From a virus, in IMG/VR virus record IMGVR_UViG_3300045988_182866: DNA of 64,000 nucleotides; one strand, given 5' to 3'. Below the pieces are notes generated by a model. The model searched no databases and was not told where the DNA came from. It saw only the letters and a program-made list of their open reading frames with translations. How positions within the stretch are numbered: position 1 is the first letter of the stretch; every line of letters begins with the position of its first letter. Positions 38,436 to 47,339 of the stretch are shown here, piece by piece. Made by a program: the position numbers and the translations under genes.

Positions 38436-38811
38436 AAAAACTTTAAAGGTTAAATGTTTTATTACCGGAGAAGAAAGTATTTTTTCTGGTGATTATTTGA
38501 ATAAACTTATTGAAAGATATGGTTCAAGAGAAAATATTTTAAAATATTACATTACATATCGAGCTAAGAATTTCCTTTTTAAAGGATATACAATTCCAGA
38601 AATCAGGAAAATTCTTCTTTTAAAGAAGACTGAACTTGAAGATCCTTCTTCTCCTAAAGGAATCGAATTAATAAAATATTGGCAAGACCAGAAAAATCTC
38701 AAGGTTAAGTATAAAATGAAAGATCAAAAAGATAATGTTTCTTTCATTAAAACTGATCCGGAAGTAAAAGATTTTATTAACAATTGGATTAAATCTAAAA
38801 AAATAGAATAA
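38425..38811 (+). CDS. Hypothetical protein, 128 aa.
   Basis: ORF only. Confidence 0.35.
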   Translation: MEDKKTLKVKCFITGEESIFSGDYLNKLIERYGSRENILKYYITYRAKNFLFKGYTIPEIRKILLLKKTELEDPSSPKGIELIKYWQDQKNLKVKYKMKDQKDNVSFIKTDPEVKDFINNWIKSKKIE

Positions 38812-38865
38812 AAAATTAAAATTTTATCACTGATTTATTATCAATAATTTTTTAATTTATATACA

Positions 38866-38915
38866 TTTTTAAAATTGATAAGTCCCTTAAAATAAGGGAC
38901 TTATCAATTTTTAAT
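38866..38915 (+). terminator. Rho-independent terminator.
   Basis: gataagtccctt/aagggacttatc stem with loop aaaat, followed by a T-run. Confidence 0.55.
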
Positions 38916-38950
38916 TTGAAAAAATTTTATACATAAATACAAAATACACT

Positions 38951-41824
38951 ATGTTGAATGGATTAGAAGATGTATTAAAGGCAGATACAGCAAAGAGTAC
39001 AAAAATTGATTGTACACAGTCAGTAGAAGAATATATTAATAAAAGTGACTGGCGTATATTTGCTAATGCTAATACAGGATATAGTAATGCTGGATTAGTA
39101 AATGGACTAGCTGGTAAAGTAATAGCCAATTATTGGTTAGATAAAGTTTATTCAAAAAAAGAGGGTGATGCACATAGAAATGGCGATTATCACATTCATG
39201 ATTTAGATTGTTTAAGTGGTTATTGTTGTGGTCATGATTTACAACGATTATTAAATGAGGGTTTTAATGGTGTAGTGGGAAGAGTAGGTTCAAAAGCACC
39301 AAAACATTTTAGAGAAGCTTTATATCAAATGGCTAATTTCATTGGTATTTTACAAGCTGAATGGGGTGGTGCTCAAGCGTTTAGTTCTTTTGATACATAT
39401 CTTGCACCTTATGTTTTTTTTGATATGTATTATAGTGGTTTAACTTATAAAGATATTAAGAAAGCCATCTTAAATTTCATTTATAATTTAAATGTGCCAT
39501 CACGCTGGGGACAATCTCCGTTTTCAAATATTACAATTGACTGGATTGTCCCTAATGATATGTCTGCCCAATATCCTCTAAGAAATGATAAGAATTATTT
39601 TAAAACAATTTATGAAGATTTATCAGATGAAGAAAAAACAAAATTTAGAACGACAGTTATTGAAGAACTTAAAAAACGTTTAGAGAATATAGAAAATTCT
39701 ATAGATAGTCTATTTGATAAAATAACATATAAGTTATTTCAAAAAGAAATGAATCTTATTAATAAAGCTTTTTATGAATGTTTAAACGAGGGCGATATTA
39801 ATGGATTACCTTTTACATTCCCAATTCCTACAGTTAATATTACAGAAAATTTTGATTGGGATGGAGAAAATACTGATCTTCTTTTTGAAAATGCTGCAAA
39901 ATATGGATCTTCTTATTTCCAAAATTTTATTGGTTCGCAATATAAACGAGATGAAAATGGTAATTTAGTTCCTGATCCAAATGCTTATAGTCCAAATGAT
40001 GTACGAAGTATGTGTCCACTAACTGGTGATACGGAAGTATTAACACTTAGTAACAGAGGTATTAGTAAGACACAAATAGTACATTTAAATGAAAATAGCC
40101 ATAAAGTATTTTCTAATGGAAATTGGTTTAATTTTAAACGTATCGAAATTAAGCCACAAAAAGTATATGAAATTAAATTATCAAATGGTACTTCTATAAA
40201 AATGGGAGAACATCATTTACAACCAATATATGGTAGTACTAAAGAATGTAAAGATCTTAAAGTTGGTGATTTAATACCATTTAATAGTCAAATAATTAAT
40301 TGGGACAAAGCTGTTGGTGATTATCATCTTGGTTATGCAATCGGTGCTTATTATGGTGATGGCTCAACCGATGGTAATACTGTAATATATTCTCTTTCTG
40401 TTGATGAAAAAGATAATATAACTGAAGAAAAATTACGAAAATTTTGGACTTCTAATGGGTATCATGTTAAAACAATAAATGTTAACAATGTTCGTTCAAT
40501 AGTGGTTACTGGAAATGCTTTTAATTTAATTGGACGATTTTGTAGTGGTAATAATGCTCTTACTAAAGGTATTCACAGTTTAGCATTTAGTTTATCAGTA
40601 GATGCTCGTCAGGGAATTATAGATGGATATATTGCTACAGATGGTAATAAAGATCGCAGGCGAATTAGTACTTCATCCCAAGCAATGGTTAATGATTTAT
40701 TAACTTTGTTTACTTTACAGGGTAAAAAAGCTTTATTATCATCTATAGATAATCGTGAAAATCGTCTAGGAAGTAATCCAAATTATATTGTTTCTTATCC
40801 TGAAAAAGACAATTATAGTGATTTTTATCAAACTATTGATGGTATAATATATTTTATAATTAAAGAAATAAAAGAAATTCCGCAACAAAAACTTTATTGT
40901 ATTGAGGTTGATAATGAAGATCATACATTTGTATTAGGTAACGGGATGATTACGCATAATTGTCGTCTTCAATTAGATAAGCGAGAATTACGAAAACGTG
41001 GAGGAGGCTTATTTGGTTCAGATGCACAAACTGGCAGCATAGGCGTAGTAACAATTAATATGGCCCGCCTTGGCTATCTTTACAAAGGTAACTTTCCGCT
41101 TCTTAAGAAAAAACTTATTCATTTAATGGAATTGGCTAAATCGACTTTAGAAAAAAAGCGTTCTTTTATTAATGAATTATATCTAAGAGGATTATACCCA
41201 TATACAAGACGATATCTTAAAGGCTTTAATACATTTTTTAGTACAATCGGCGTTAATGGAATGAATGAAATGGTTCGTAATTTTTCAAATGACGAATATG
41301 ATATTACTTCATATGAAGGCCAGAAAATGTGTATAGAACTATTAGATTTAATTCGCTCTAAAATGTCTGATTATCAAGAAGAAACTGGAAATCTTTATAA
41401 CCTTGAAGCTACCCCGGCAGAAGGAACAACTTATCGATTTGCCAAAGAGGATATTAAACGTTTTCCGGACATTATTCATGCTGGTACTGAAAAAGAACCT
41501 TACTATACAAATAGCTCTCAGCTCCCGGTAAATTTTACGGATGATCCCTTTGAAGCACTTGATAAGCAAGATGAGCTTCAATGCAAATATACTGGTGGTA
41601 CAGTAATCCATTTATATATGACAGAAAGACTTTCTAATGCAACAGCTTGTAAAAATCTTATAAAAAAGGTACTTACAAATTATCGCTTGCCATATATATC
41701 TATAACTCCAACATATTCTACATGTCCAATACATGGTTATATTCCTGGAAATCATGAATTTTGTCCAAAATGTGACCAAATAATTTTAGAAGAATATGCT
41801 AAAGAAATTGATTTTAACGAATAA
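38951..41824 (+). CDS. nrdD: Anaerobic ribonucleoside-triphosphate reductase NrdD (class III RNR) containing an in-frame intein. It lacks the glycyl-radical C-terminus, which is on a separate ORF.
   Basis: Extein features: VRSM|CRLQLDK...GGGLFGSDAQTGSIGVVTINMARLGYL (NrdD finger-loop Cys motif, GGLFG, TGSxGVVTxNLxR) and a C-terminal Zn-ribbon-like CPIHGY...CPKC. The gene is followed by nrdG. Intein at 40013-40960. Confidence 0.8.
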   Translation: MLNGLEDVLKADTAKSTKIDCTQSVEEYINKSDWRIFANANTGYSNAGLVNGLAGKVIANYWLDKVYSKKEGDAHRNGDYHIHDLDCLSGYCCGHDLQRLLNEGFNGVVGRVGSKAPKHFREALYQMANFIGILQAEWGGAQAFSSFDTYLAPYVFFDMYYSGLTYKDIKKAILNFIYNLNVPSRWGQSPFSNITIDWIVPNDMSAQYPLRNDKNYFKTIYEDLSDEEKTKFRTTVIEELKKRLENIENSIDSLFDKITYKLFQKEMNLINKAFYECLNEGDINGLPFTFPIPTVNITENFDWDGENTDLLFENAAKYGSSYFQNFIGSQYKRDENGNLVPDPNAYSPNDVRSMCPLTGDTEVLTLSNRGISKTQIVHLNENSHKVFSNGNWFNFKRIEIKPQKVYEIKLSNGTSIKMGEHHLQPIYGSTKECKDLKVGDLIPFNSQIINWDKAVGDYHLGYAIGAYYGDGSTDGNTVIYSLSVDEKDNITEEKLRKFWTSNGYHVKTINVNNVRSIVVTGNAFNLIGRFCSGNNALTKGIHSLAFSLSVDARQGIIDGYIATDGNKDRRRISTSSQAMVNDLLTLFTLQGKKALLSSIDNRENRLGSNPNYIVSYPEKDNYSDFYQTIDGIIYFIIKEIKEIPQQKLYCIEVDNEDHTFVLGNGMITHNCRLQLDKRELRKRGGGLFGSDAQTGSIGVVTINMARLGYLYKGNFPLLKKKLIHLMELAKSTLEKKRSFINELYLRGLYPYTRRYLKGFNTFFSTIGVNGMNEMVRNFSNDEYDITSYEGQKMCIELLDLIRSKMSDYQEETGNLYNLEATPAEGTTYRFAKEDIKRFPDIIHAGTEKEPYYTNSSQLPVNFTDDPFEALDKQDELQCKYTGGTVIHLYMTERLSNATACKNLIKKVLTNYRLPYISITPTYSTCPIHGYIPGNHEFCPKCDQIILEEYAKEIDFNE
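40013..40960 (+). mobile_element. Intein (316 aa) with a LAGLIDADG homing endonuclease, inserted in nrdD.
   Basis: Block A CPLTGDTEVL starts with Cys; LAGLIDADG motifs LGYAIGAYYGDGS and IIDGYIATDGN; C-terminal block G ...FVLGNGMITHN followed by the +1 Cys (CRLQLD). The length is a multiple of 3 (948 nt). Confidence 0.8.
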
Positions 41825-41835
41825 TAATTTATAAT

Positions 41836-42003
41836 ATGAGTAAAACTGAATTATTGAAACAATTAGAAGCTAAACGTACACGTTGTCAAGTTTGGACGCG
41901 TGTAATGGGTTATCTTAGGAATACTGATAATTTTAATATTGGTAAAAAAGGTGAATTTAAAGAACGAACATTTTTTACTGAGTCAAAGTGTCGGTGTTTA
42001 TAA
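41836..42003 (+). CDS. Stand-alone glycyl-radical domain of NrdD (55 aa). Not in the ORF track because it is under the size cut-off.
   Basis: MSKTELLKQLEAKRTRCQVWTRVMGYLRNTDNFNIGKKGEFKERTFF... matches the NrdD C-terminal glycyl-radical motif (RVCGYLG...W..GK..E...R). It starts 11 nt after the nrdD stop, in a different frame. Confidence 0.55.
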   Translation: MSKTELLKQLEAKRTRCQVWTRVMGYLRNTDNFNIGKKGEFKERTFFTESKCRCL

Positions 42004-42029
42004 AAAATAAAAAATAAAAAATTAATATT

Positions 42030-42070
42030 AAAAAAATTAACTGATATAAATTATATCAGTTAATTTTTTA
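42030..42070 (+). terminator. Rho-independent terminator.
   Basis: aaattaactgatata/tatatcagttaattt stem followed by a T-run. Confidence 0.5.
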
Positions 42071-42082
42071 TACAATAATGAA

Positions 42083-42796
42083 ATGAATTTATTTGAAAAT
42101 AGAATAGGCGGCGTTGAACCATTTACGTTAATCGATTTTCCTAATAAAATAGCCGGTATTTTATTCTATACAAATTGTAATCTGCATTGTCCATATTGTT
42201 ATAATGTAGAACTTGTTAAGAATATATGTACTAAATTAAATTCTAACGACGTCCTTAATTTTATAAAAAAACGAAAAAATAAATTAGACGGTTTTGTATT
42301 TTCTGGAGGTGAATGTACTATACATGGTAATAATTTAATAAATGATATTATTTTTGTTAAAAACGCAGGATTTGACATTAAAGTTGATACAAATGGAACT
42401 AATCCTGATGTTATTCAAAAATTATTAAATTTAAATCTTGTCAATTATTTTGCTTTAGATTATAAAGCTCCTATTAATAAAAAAGATTTATTTTTTTCAA
42501 ATATACAAACCTATGATAATTTTATCAAGACATTATCTTTATTAAATTCTTCTGAAATTCCTTTTGAAATCAGAACAACAATTCATACTGATATTATTGA
42601 TGAAAATGATATTAATTTAATTCTAAAACATTTAGAAAGTATAAATTATAAAGGTAATTATTATATCCAATTTTATTTTAAAACTAAAAAAACTCTCGGT
42701 AACGTATCAAATAATCCAAGATATTTTGATATTACAAAAATTATTAATAAAAAAAATATTAATATCCAATATAGAAACATTGAAGCTAATATATGA
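42083..42796 (+). CDS. nrdG: Anaerobic ribonucleotide reductase activating protein NrdG (radical SAM).
   Basis: CNLHCPYC is the CxxxCxxC radical-SAM cluster motif in the NrdG context (..TNCNLHCPYCYN..). GGE motif FSGGECT. Lies directly downstream of nrdD. Confidence 0.75.
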   Translation: MNLFENRIGGVEPFTLIDFPNKIAGILFYTNCNLHCPYCYNVELVKNICTKLNSNDVLNFIKKRKNKLDGFVFSGGECTIHGNNLINDIIFVKNAGFDIKVDTNGTNPDVIQKLLNLNLVNYFALDYKAPINKKDLFFSNIQTYDNFIKTLSLLNSSEIPFEIRTTIHTDIIDENDINLILKHLESINYKGNYYIQFYFKTKKTLGNVSNNPRYFDITKIINKKNINIQYRNIEANI

Positions 42797-43410
42797 GTGA
42801 ACAATCTAAAAATGAAGATTATATCTCCTTAATTGAATCTGAAAATGAAAAACATTTATTTTTCTCTGGATCATTAAACCGGCTTTCTGCCTTTAACTTA
42901 AATGGCCAGCTAGTTGCATGCGATATGGCTTATCGAGAAAAAAAAACTGAAAATGAATTTGGTTTTATACAAAAAGATGAACAAAAAGAAGTCAATGATA
43001 AACTTATTATTCATTTAAATTGTCCAGGAGGCCAGGTATCTTATGCTTTCTTAATTGCCGATGTTATTAAATCTTTAGAAATTCCTGTTTATTGTATAGG
43101 TGAAGGATCTATCGCTTCTGCAGGAACTGTCTTATTATTAGCCTGTGAAAAACGGACAGCTCTTCCTCATTGTACCTTTTATTTTCATGAAACAATTCAT
43201 TCTATTGAACAATTAAGCTTTGATGAATTAGAATCTTTTATGGAAGAGTCAAAGAGAGTTAATGAAGAGCTTAAAAATTATTATCGTATCAGAAGTAATA
43301 TATCTATAGCTGATATTGATACATTAATGAGGTCTGAGGCTATCATTAGTGCTTTAGAGGCATATAATAAAGGCTTTTTAACTGATTTACCAGGAACTAT
43401 TTTAGTTTAA
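42793..43410 (+). CDS. ClpP-family (S14) serine protease-like protein.
   Basis: LNCPGGQV (compare INSPGG), GSIASAGTVLLLA (compare GQAASMGAFLL, catalytic Ser), HCTFYFHE (His region), and C-terminal MRSEAIISALEAYNKGFLTD (compare RDRFLSAPEAVEYGLVDSI). Confidence 0.7.
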   Translation: MSEQSKNEDYISLIESENEKHLFFSGSLNRLSAFNLNGQLVACDMAYREKKTENEFGFIQKDEQKEVNDKLIIHLNCPGGQVSYAFLIADVIKSLEIPVYCIGEGSIASAGTVLLLACEKRTALPHCTFYFHETIHSIEQLSFDELESFMEESKRVNEELKNYYRIRSNISIADIDTLMRSEAIISALEAYNKGFLTDLPGTILV

Positions 43411-43446
43411 TAAATTAAAATAAAAAGGCCCATTAAATATTGACTA

Positions 43447-44163
43447 ATGGGCCTTAATAGCTTAAAAAATTTAGCCAATGGCTTGGCAGCTACTGGAGCT
43501 AATTTTAAAATTGGAGGATTTACTGTTAATCTTCCAACTCTTAATATTTTTAATTCAAATATTGAATCTCCTTCTACTGGAACTTTTATTGCATCAGCCG
43601 GTTCTATTGTTCAAACTTTAACTCAGGGGGCTAAAGGGGTTATGTGTATCGGGACACTTTTAATGAATCCCAATCAAATGTTAAAAGCCCTCAACCTTGC
43701 TGGAGATTTTATTCTTGGCCTTGGCCTTCAATTATTAAATGATGTTTATCGGACTTGCATGGCGCGAGTTAATAATATCCTTGCTACTTCTTATGGATTA
43801 GTTTTAGGATATTTTAAAACAATTAAAAACATTATTTCAGCCATCCAAGGTGTAGGAGATATGCTCAACAATATCTACGAATTCTTTACCGACAGGTCAA
43901 AGAGTAAAGTAGATTTTATAATGAAAAGCGATGATTGCGCATACTTCATCGCTAACATTTTGCGTTGTATGATTGGCAAAATGGTTACTCCATATTTGAA
44001 TGAGCTACAACTTAAGGCAGATCAAAAAATTAATAATATTGCTGGAGGAATTGAAAATAAAATTACTCAAAATACTGAAGTTTTAAACTCAATGTCTTCT
44101 TATCTCAATAATCAGGCAATGTTTGTTAATAAATTCACTTCTCAAGTAAACTCTATATTCTAA
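43447..44163 (+). CDS. Hypothetical protein, 238 aa, possibly a baseplate or hub component by position.
   Basis: ORF only. Its start codon sits in the 3' arm of a hairpin (43427-43453). Confidence 0.35.
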   Translation: MGLNSLKNLANGLAATGANFKIGGFTVNLPTLNIFNSNIESPSTGTFIASAGSIVQTLTQGAKGVMCIGTLLMNPNQMLKALNLAGDFILGLGLQLLNDVYRTCMARVNNILATSYGLVLGYFKTIKNIISAIQGVGDMLNNIYEFFTDRSKSKVDFIMKSDDCAYFIANILRCMIGKMVTPYLNELQLKADQKINNIAGGIENKITQNTEVLNSMSSYLNNQAMFVNKFTSQVNSIF

Positions 44164-44164
44164 T

Positions 44165-44770
44165 ATGTCTAATAAATTATTTGGATCTTATATTGGGATA
44201 GTAATTGATGCTGTTGATCCAGAACATTTAGGAAGAGTTCAAGTTTTTATTCCAAGCCTGGATTGTAATTTAATAAGTTCTTTCACCGGACAAAGTTCTT
44301 ATATTTTTCCAGGAAACGATACAGGAGGAGATTTATCAATAAGAGATTTAAATCTTCTTAAAAAAAGTTGTGTCTGGGCATATACTTCTCAGCCTATTTT
44401 TGGAGGATCTTCAATTGGCCGAGTAAATGAGTCAACTGGAAAAACAACAGTTTCTGATTCTGTAACTGATACTGAAGCTTTTTCTATTTCGGAAAATGGA
44501 GAAGCTCCAAAAGCTTTCGGAGCAAAGTTCAACTATTATGGAGCAAGACATGATGCTTTCGCTGTTCCTTCTAATACATTAACTCAAAAAGGTAATTTTA
44601 CCGGAGAAGATTATTTTCCGGAAAATTATATTAACTCCCCTAAAGGTTCATTTTCTTTGCCTAATGTCGGTGCCAGAGTACTTGTCACTTTTATTGGCGG
44701 AATTAAAAATCAAGCAGTAATTACTGGTAAAGTTCCTTTTGCCCGAGAATATCAAATGATGATAGAATAA
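44165..44770 (+). CDS. Baseplate central spike N-terminal OB-fold protein (T4 gp5 N-terminus / Phage_base_V-like).
   Basis: GIVIDAVDPEHLGRVQVFIPS and the C-terminal GARVLVTFIGGIKNQAVITG fit the gp5/VgrG OB-domain pattern (GxVxDxxDPxxxGRVxV ... GSRVxV.F..GD.NqPV..G). Confidence 0.5.
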   Translation: MSNKLFGSYIGIVIDAVDPEHLGRVQVFIPSLDCNLISSFTGQSSYIFPGNDTGGDLSIRDLNLLKKSCVWAYTSQPIFGGSSIGRVNESTGKTTVSDSVTDTEAFSISENGEAPKAFGAKFNYYGARHDAFAVPSNTLTQKGNFTGEDYFPENYINSPKGSFSLPNVGARVLVTFIGGIKNQAVITGKVPFAREYQMMIE

Positions 44771-44771
44771 T

Positions 44772-45395
44772 ATGCAAGTTTCCCCTAATACTAAATCTAT
44801 TTTGGCTTCTCCCGGAGGTACTATCGAAGCTTCTGATACAGTTACTGGAAGTGTTCTTAATATTACTCATCCGTCAGGATCTAATGTTCAATTCGGAGAT
44901 CAAACAACCTCTTATTTTAATTCCGGGAAAAGTCAATCTTTAACACTATCTGATTCATTTGCAACAATTTATGGAGGTAGTTCAACTTATATTAAAGGAA
45001 CTGCGGAAATAAGAAATGAAGGAGATCAATTTAATTTAGTTGGACCTACTTCTATTATCCAGGAAGAGGTAATCGATAAATGGATTGAAGCTTATGGGCA
45101 AGGCATAGGGGCTCTCAAATCTCAATGGAGAGATAACCGGTTTGATTTAGCTATTACCGATTATCCAATTAATACTGTTTATTCAGTTCCTTCCGGATTA
45201 AGTTCAGTTACAGTTTGTCCACCATTATTAAATGGTACTGCTGAAAATAATAAAGATGCAAATACTAAAGCTGAATTCGAAAAACAAATGATGGAGGCCG
45301 GACAAAAAAGTACTGAAGAATTACAAAAATCAATAATGGAAACGTATTCTAATTTTAATGCTAATGCAAAAGCATTGTATAATTTAAACAAATAA
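44772..45395 (+). CDS. Hypothetical protein, 207 aa, within the spike/baseplate module.
   Basis: ORF only. Confidence 0.35.
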   Translation: MQVSPNTKSILASPGGTIEASDTVTGSVLNITHPSGSNVQFGDQTTSYFNSGKSQSLTLSDSFATIYGGSSTYIKGTAEIRNEGDQFNLVGPTSIIQEEVIDKWIEAYGQGIGALKSQWRDNRFDLAITDYPINTVYSVPSGLSSVTVCPPLLNGTAENNKDANTKAEFEKQMMEAGQKSTEELQKSIMETYSNFNANAKALYNLNK

Positions 45396-45397
45396 TT

Positions 45398-47080
45398 ATG
45401 GCAGACAGAGATACAGTAATTGTCGGCATTGGTCATTCTTCTTTACATCCAAATGCTACATCCCAGAAATTGGTTAATCCCGGCTTATTAAAATTGGCTA
45501 AACAAGATTCTGGATATGATTCTAAAAGAAATGTTATTACCGAATATTTCTATTGCCGAGGTTTAGCCTTAATGATTTGTGAAGAACTTTCTAAACTTGG
45601 GTTAAAAGGAGTGACTTCCAATCGTTATAAAGATTCTGATATTAATGGAGGGTCTATGCAAGATCGTGCAATGGGGGCGGAAATTTCTGCTATTAATAGG
45701 GCTCTTCCTTCTCTTAATAATCCTAAATGTGCTATTAATCTTCATTTAAATGCCTTTAAAGCTAATCAAGCTTCAGGTGCAGAAGCTTATTGTCCAAATA
45801 CTGAGCATGGTAAAATTCTTGGACGGATGCTTAATAAGGCAGTAAGTAATACTCTTGGGATTAATTTCCGTAAAGTTGTTCCTGCTTCAGTTACTACTAA
45901 AGATCTTCCAGGAATGGGTTTTCCCCGCTCGGTTAGAGTACCTGGTGTCCTTTTAGAATTATTTTTTGTTGATAATAATGAAGATTTAAAAAAAGGTTTA
46001 GAAAAAAAGAAGGAATTAGCTGTTAATCTTGCAAAAGCTTTAAAAGATTTTTGTGATAAAAATTATCCTGCCTTTGATCCTAACCAGGCATTAGAAGAAT
46101 CTTATGTCAAATCTTCAGCCTTAGTTCAGGATAAAATTCAAAATAAGGTAGATGATGACCAATTAAAAACTATTGCTATTCAAACACAAGAAAATCTTCT
46201 TCCTATTGAAAGGGCATTAGGAGAAGGCGGAGATAATTATGATTATTATCTCAAAAATAATATTCGAATTGTCGGTACTAAACCTGTACCGTTTACTCCA
46301 TCATTAATTGATGCAACTGGGAATGTTACCACTACTATTACTTTAAGAGAAGGCGGAACAGTTAATAAACAAATTCCTTATCCTTTATTTCAAAATACTG
46401 ATTATACTTCTGACTTTCCTACCGGTAAAGAAATAGTATATGTTCAGACGCTTTATGAGATGAATTCCTATGAGATTAATTTTAATTCATCTGGACATAC
46501 TCGCATTAATGCCGGAGGAAATGTAAAAATTACAGCAGGGCAGCAGGTTGATATTATTTCTCCTTATGTTCTTAATATGGAAGGCGGAGAAATAGTAAGT
46601 ATTTCAGCAAATAATATTGCAGTCTCGGGCAATACTACAATAGAAGGAGTTCTTGGAGTTACTAAAGGCGTTATTTCTTCTGGTCCAATTTATGCCCAGG
46701 GAGGATTAGCTGCACCGGCTTTTAATGGTCCCGCAACTATTGATAAAACTAACGAGCAAGAATTATATGGTTATCTTGCAGCAGCATTAGAATTAATGAT
46801 TCAGCAAGGTAGAATCAATGTTAATGTAACTGGTACTTTAGCAACTGCTCCTATTTCAGAAAGTGCCACTTCAATTACTGTCACTGGAGGTTCTTTAGAC
46901 TTTACTGTTTTAGGAGGAGGAAGCTTGACAGTAAATGATGTTAAATCTGGATTAGGAGTTGAAGGTAAAGCTTTAGTAACTACACCGCCACATTTGCATT
47001 ATTTTAAACGTCTTAATGGAACATTGGCAAATTCAGCCATAGATATTCAACAATCTGTCGCTCCTACTCTAAATCAGTAA
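45398..47080 (+). CDS. Tail-associated cell-wall hydrolase: an N-terminal N-acetylmuramoyl-L-alanine amidase (Amidase_3-like) fused to a C-terminal beta-helix/fiber-like domain.
   Basis: VIVGIGHSS (compare IDAGHGG), AINLHLNAF, GAEAYC and VLLELFFVDNNEDL (compare ELGFISN.ED). The C-terminus has Gly-rich repeats (NVKITAGQQVDIISPYVLNMEGGEIVSISANNIAVSGNTTIEG) typical of spike beta-helices. Confidence 0.6.
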   Translation: MADRDTVIVGIGHSSLHPNATSQKLVNPGLLKLAKQDSGYDSKRNVITEYFYCRGLALMICEELSKLGLKGVTSNRYKDSDINGGSMQDRAMGAEISAINRALPSLNNPKCAINLHLNAFKANQASGAEAYCPNTEHGKILGRMLNKAVSNTLGINFRKVVPASVTTKDLPGMGFPRSVRVPGVLLELFFVDNNEDLKKGLEKKKELAVNLAKALKDFCDKNYPAFDPNQALEESYVKSSALVQDKIQNKVDDDQLKTIAIQTQENLLPIERALGEGGDNYDYYLKNNIRIVGTKPVPFTPSLIDATGNVTTTITLREGGTVNKQIPYPLFQNTDYTSDFPTGKEIVYVQTLYEMNSYEINFNSSGHTRINAGGNVKITAGQQVDIISPYVLNMEGGEIVSISANNIAVSGNTTIEGVLGVTKGVISSGPIYAQGGLAAPAFNGPATIDKTNEQELYGYLAAALELMIQQGRINVNVTGTLATAPISESATSITVTGGSLDFTVLGGGSLTVNDVKSGLGVEGKALVTTPPHLHYFKRLNGTLANSAIDIQQSVAPTLNQ

Positions 47081-47339
47081 GTTTAGGCTTATAAGAATCT
47101 GATATGATAAAATTATTAAACTTCTTTGTATCAAAATCATAATCAAAGCTAATGCAAAGATAATAATTTCGAAAATTAATCAGCATATCTTCAAATTCAG
47201 AATAAGGAATCTTTTCCTTACAATATCTGATGAATTCTTTATACCCTTCTTTCCATTTATCAGGATTAGAGTTCATATTCTTTTCATTAAGAAACTTCCA
47301 CAAATAAGTTTCTTCTTTAGTCAAATGTTCATATGCCAT
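47064..47339 (-). CDS. Hypothetical protein, 91 aa.
   Basis: Minus-strand ORF overlapping the end of the spike gene by 17 nt. Confidence 0.35.
   Translation of the reverse strand: MAYEHLTKEETYLWKFLNEKNMNSNPDKWKEGYKEFIRYCKEKIPYSEFEDMLINFRNYYLCISFDYDFDTKKFNNFIISDSYKPKLTDLE

Noticed and set aside
41810-41840. Programmed -1 frameshift fusing nrdD to the glycyl-radical ORF.
   Set aside because: The -1 frame has a stop at 41815-41817, so a shift would have to occur within only two codons (aac gaa). No slippery heptamer is present there. Either a genuinely split gene or a sequencing indel is more likely.
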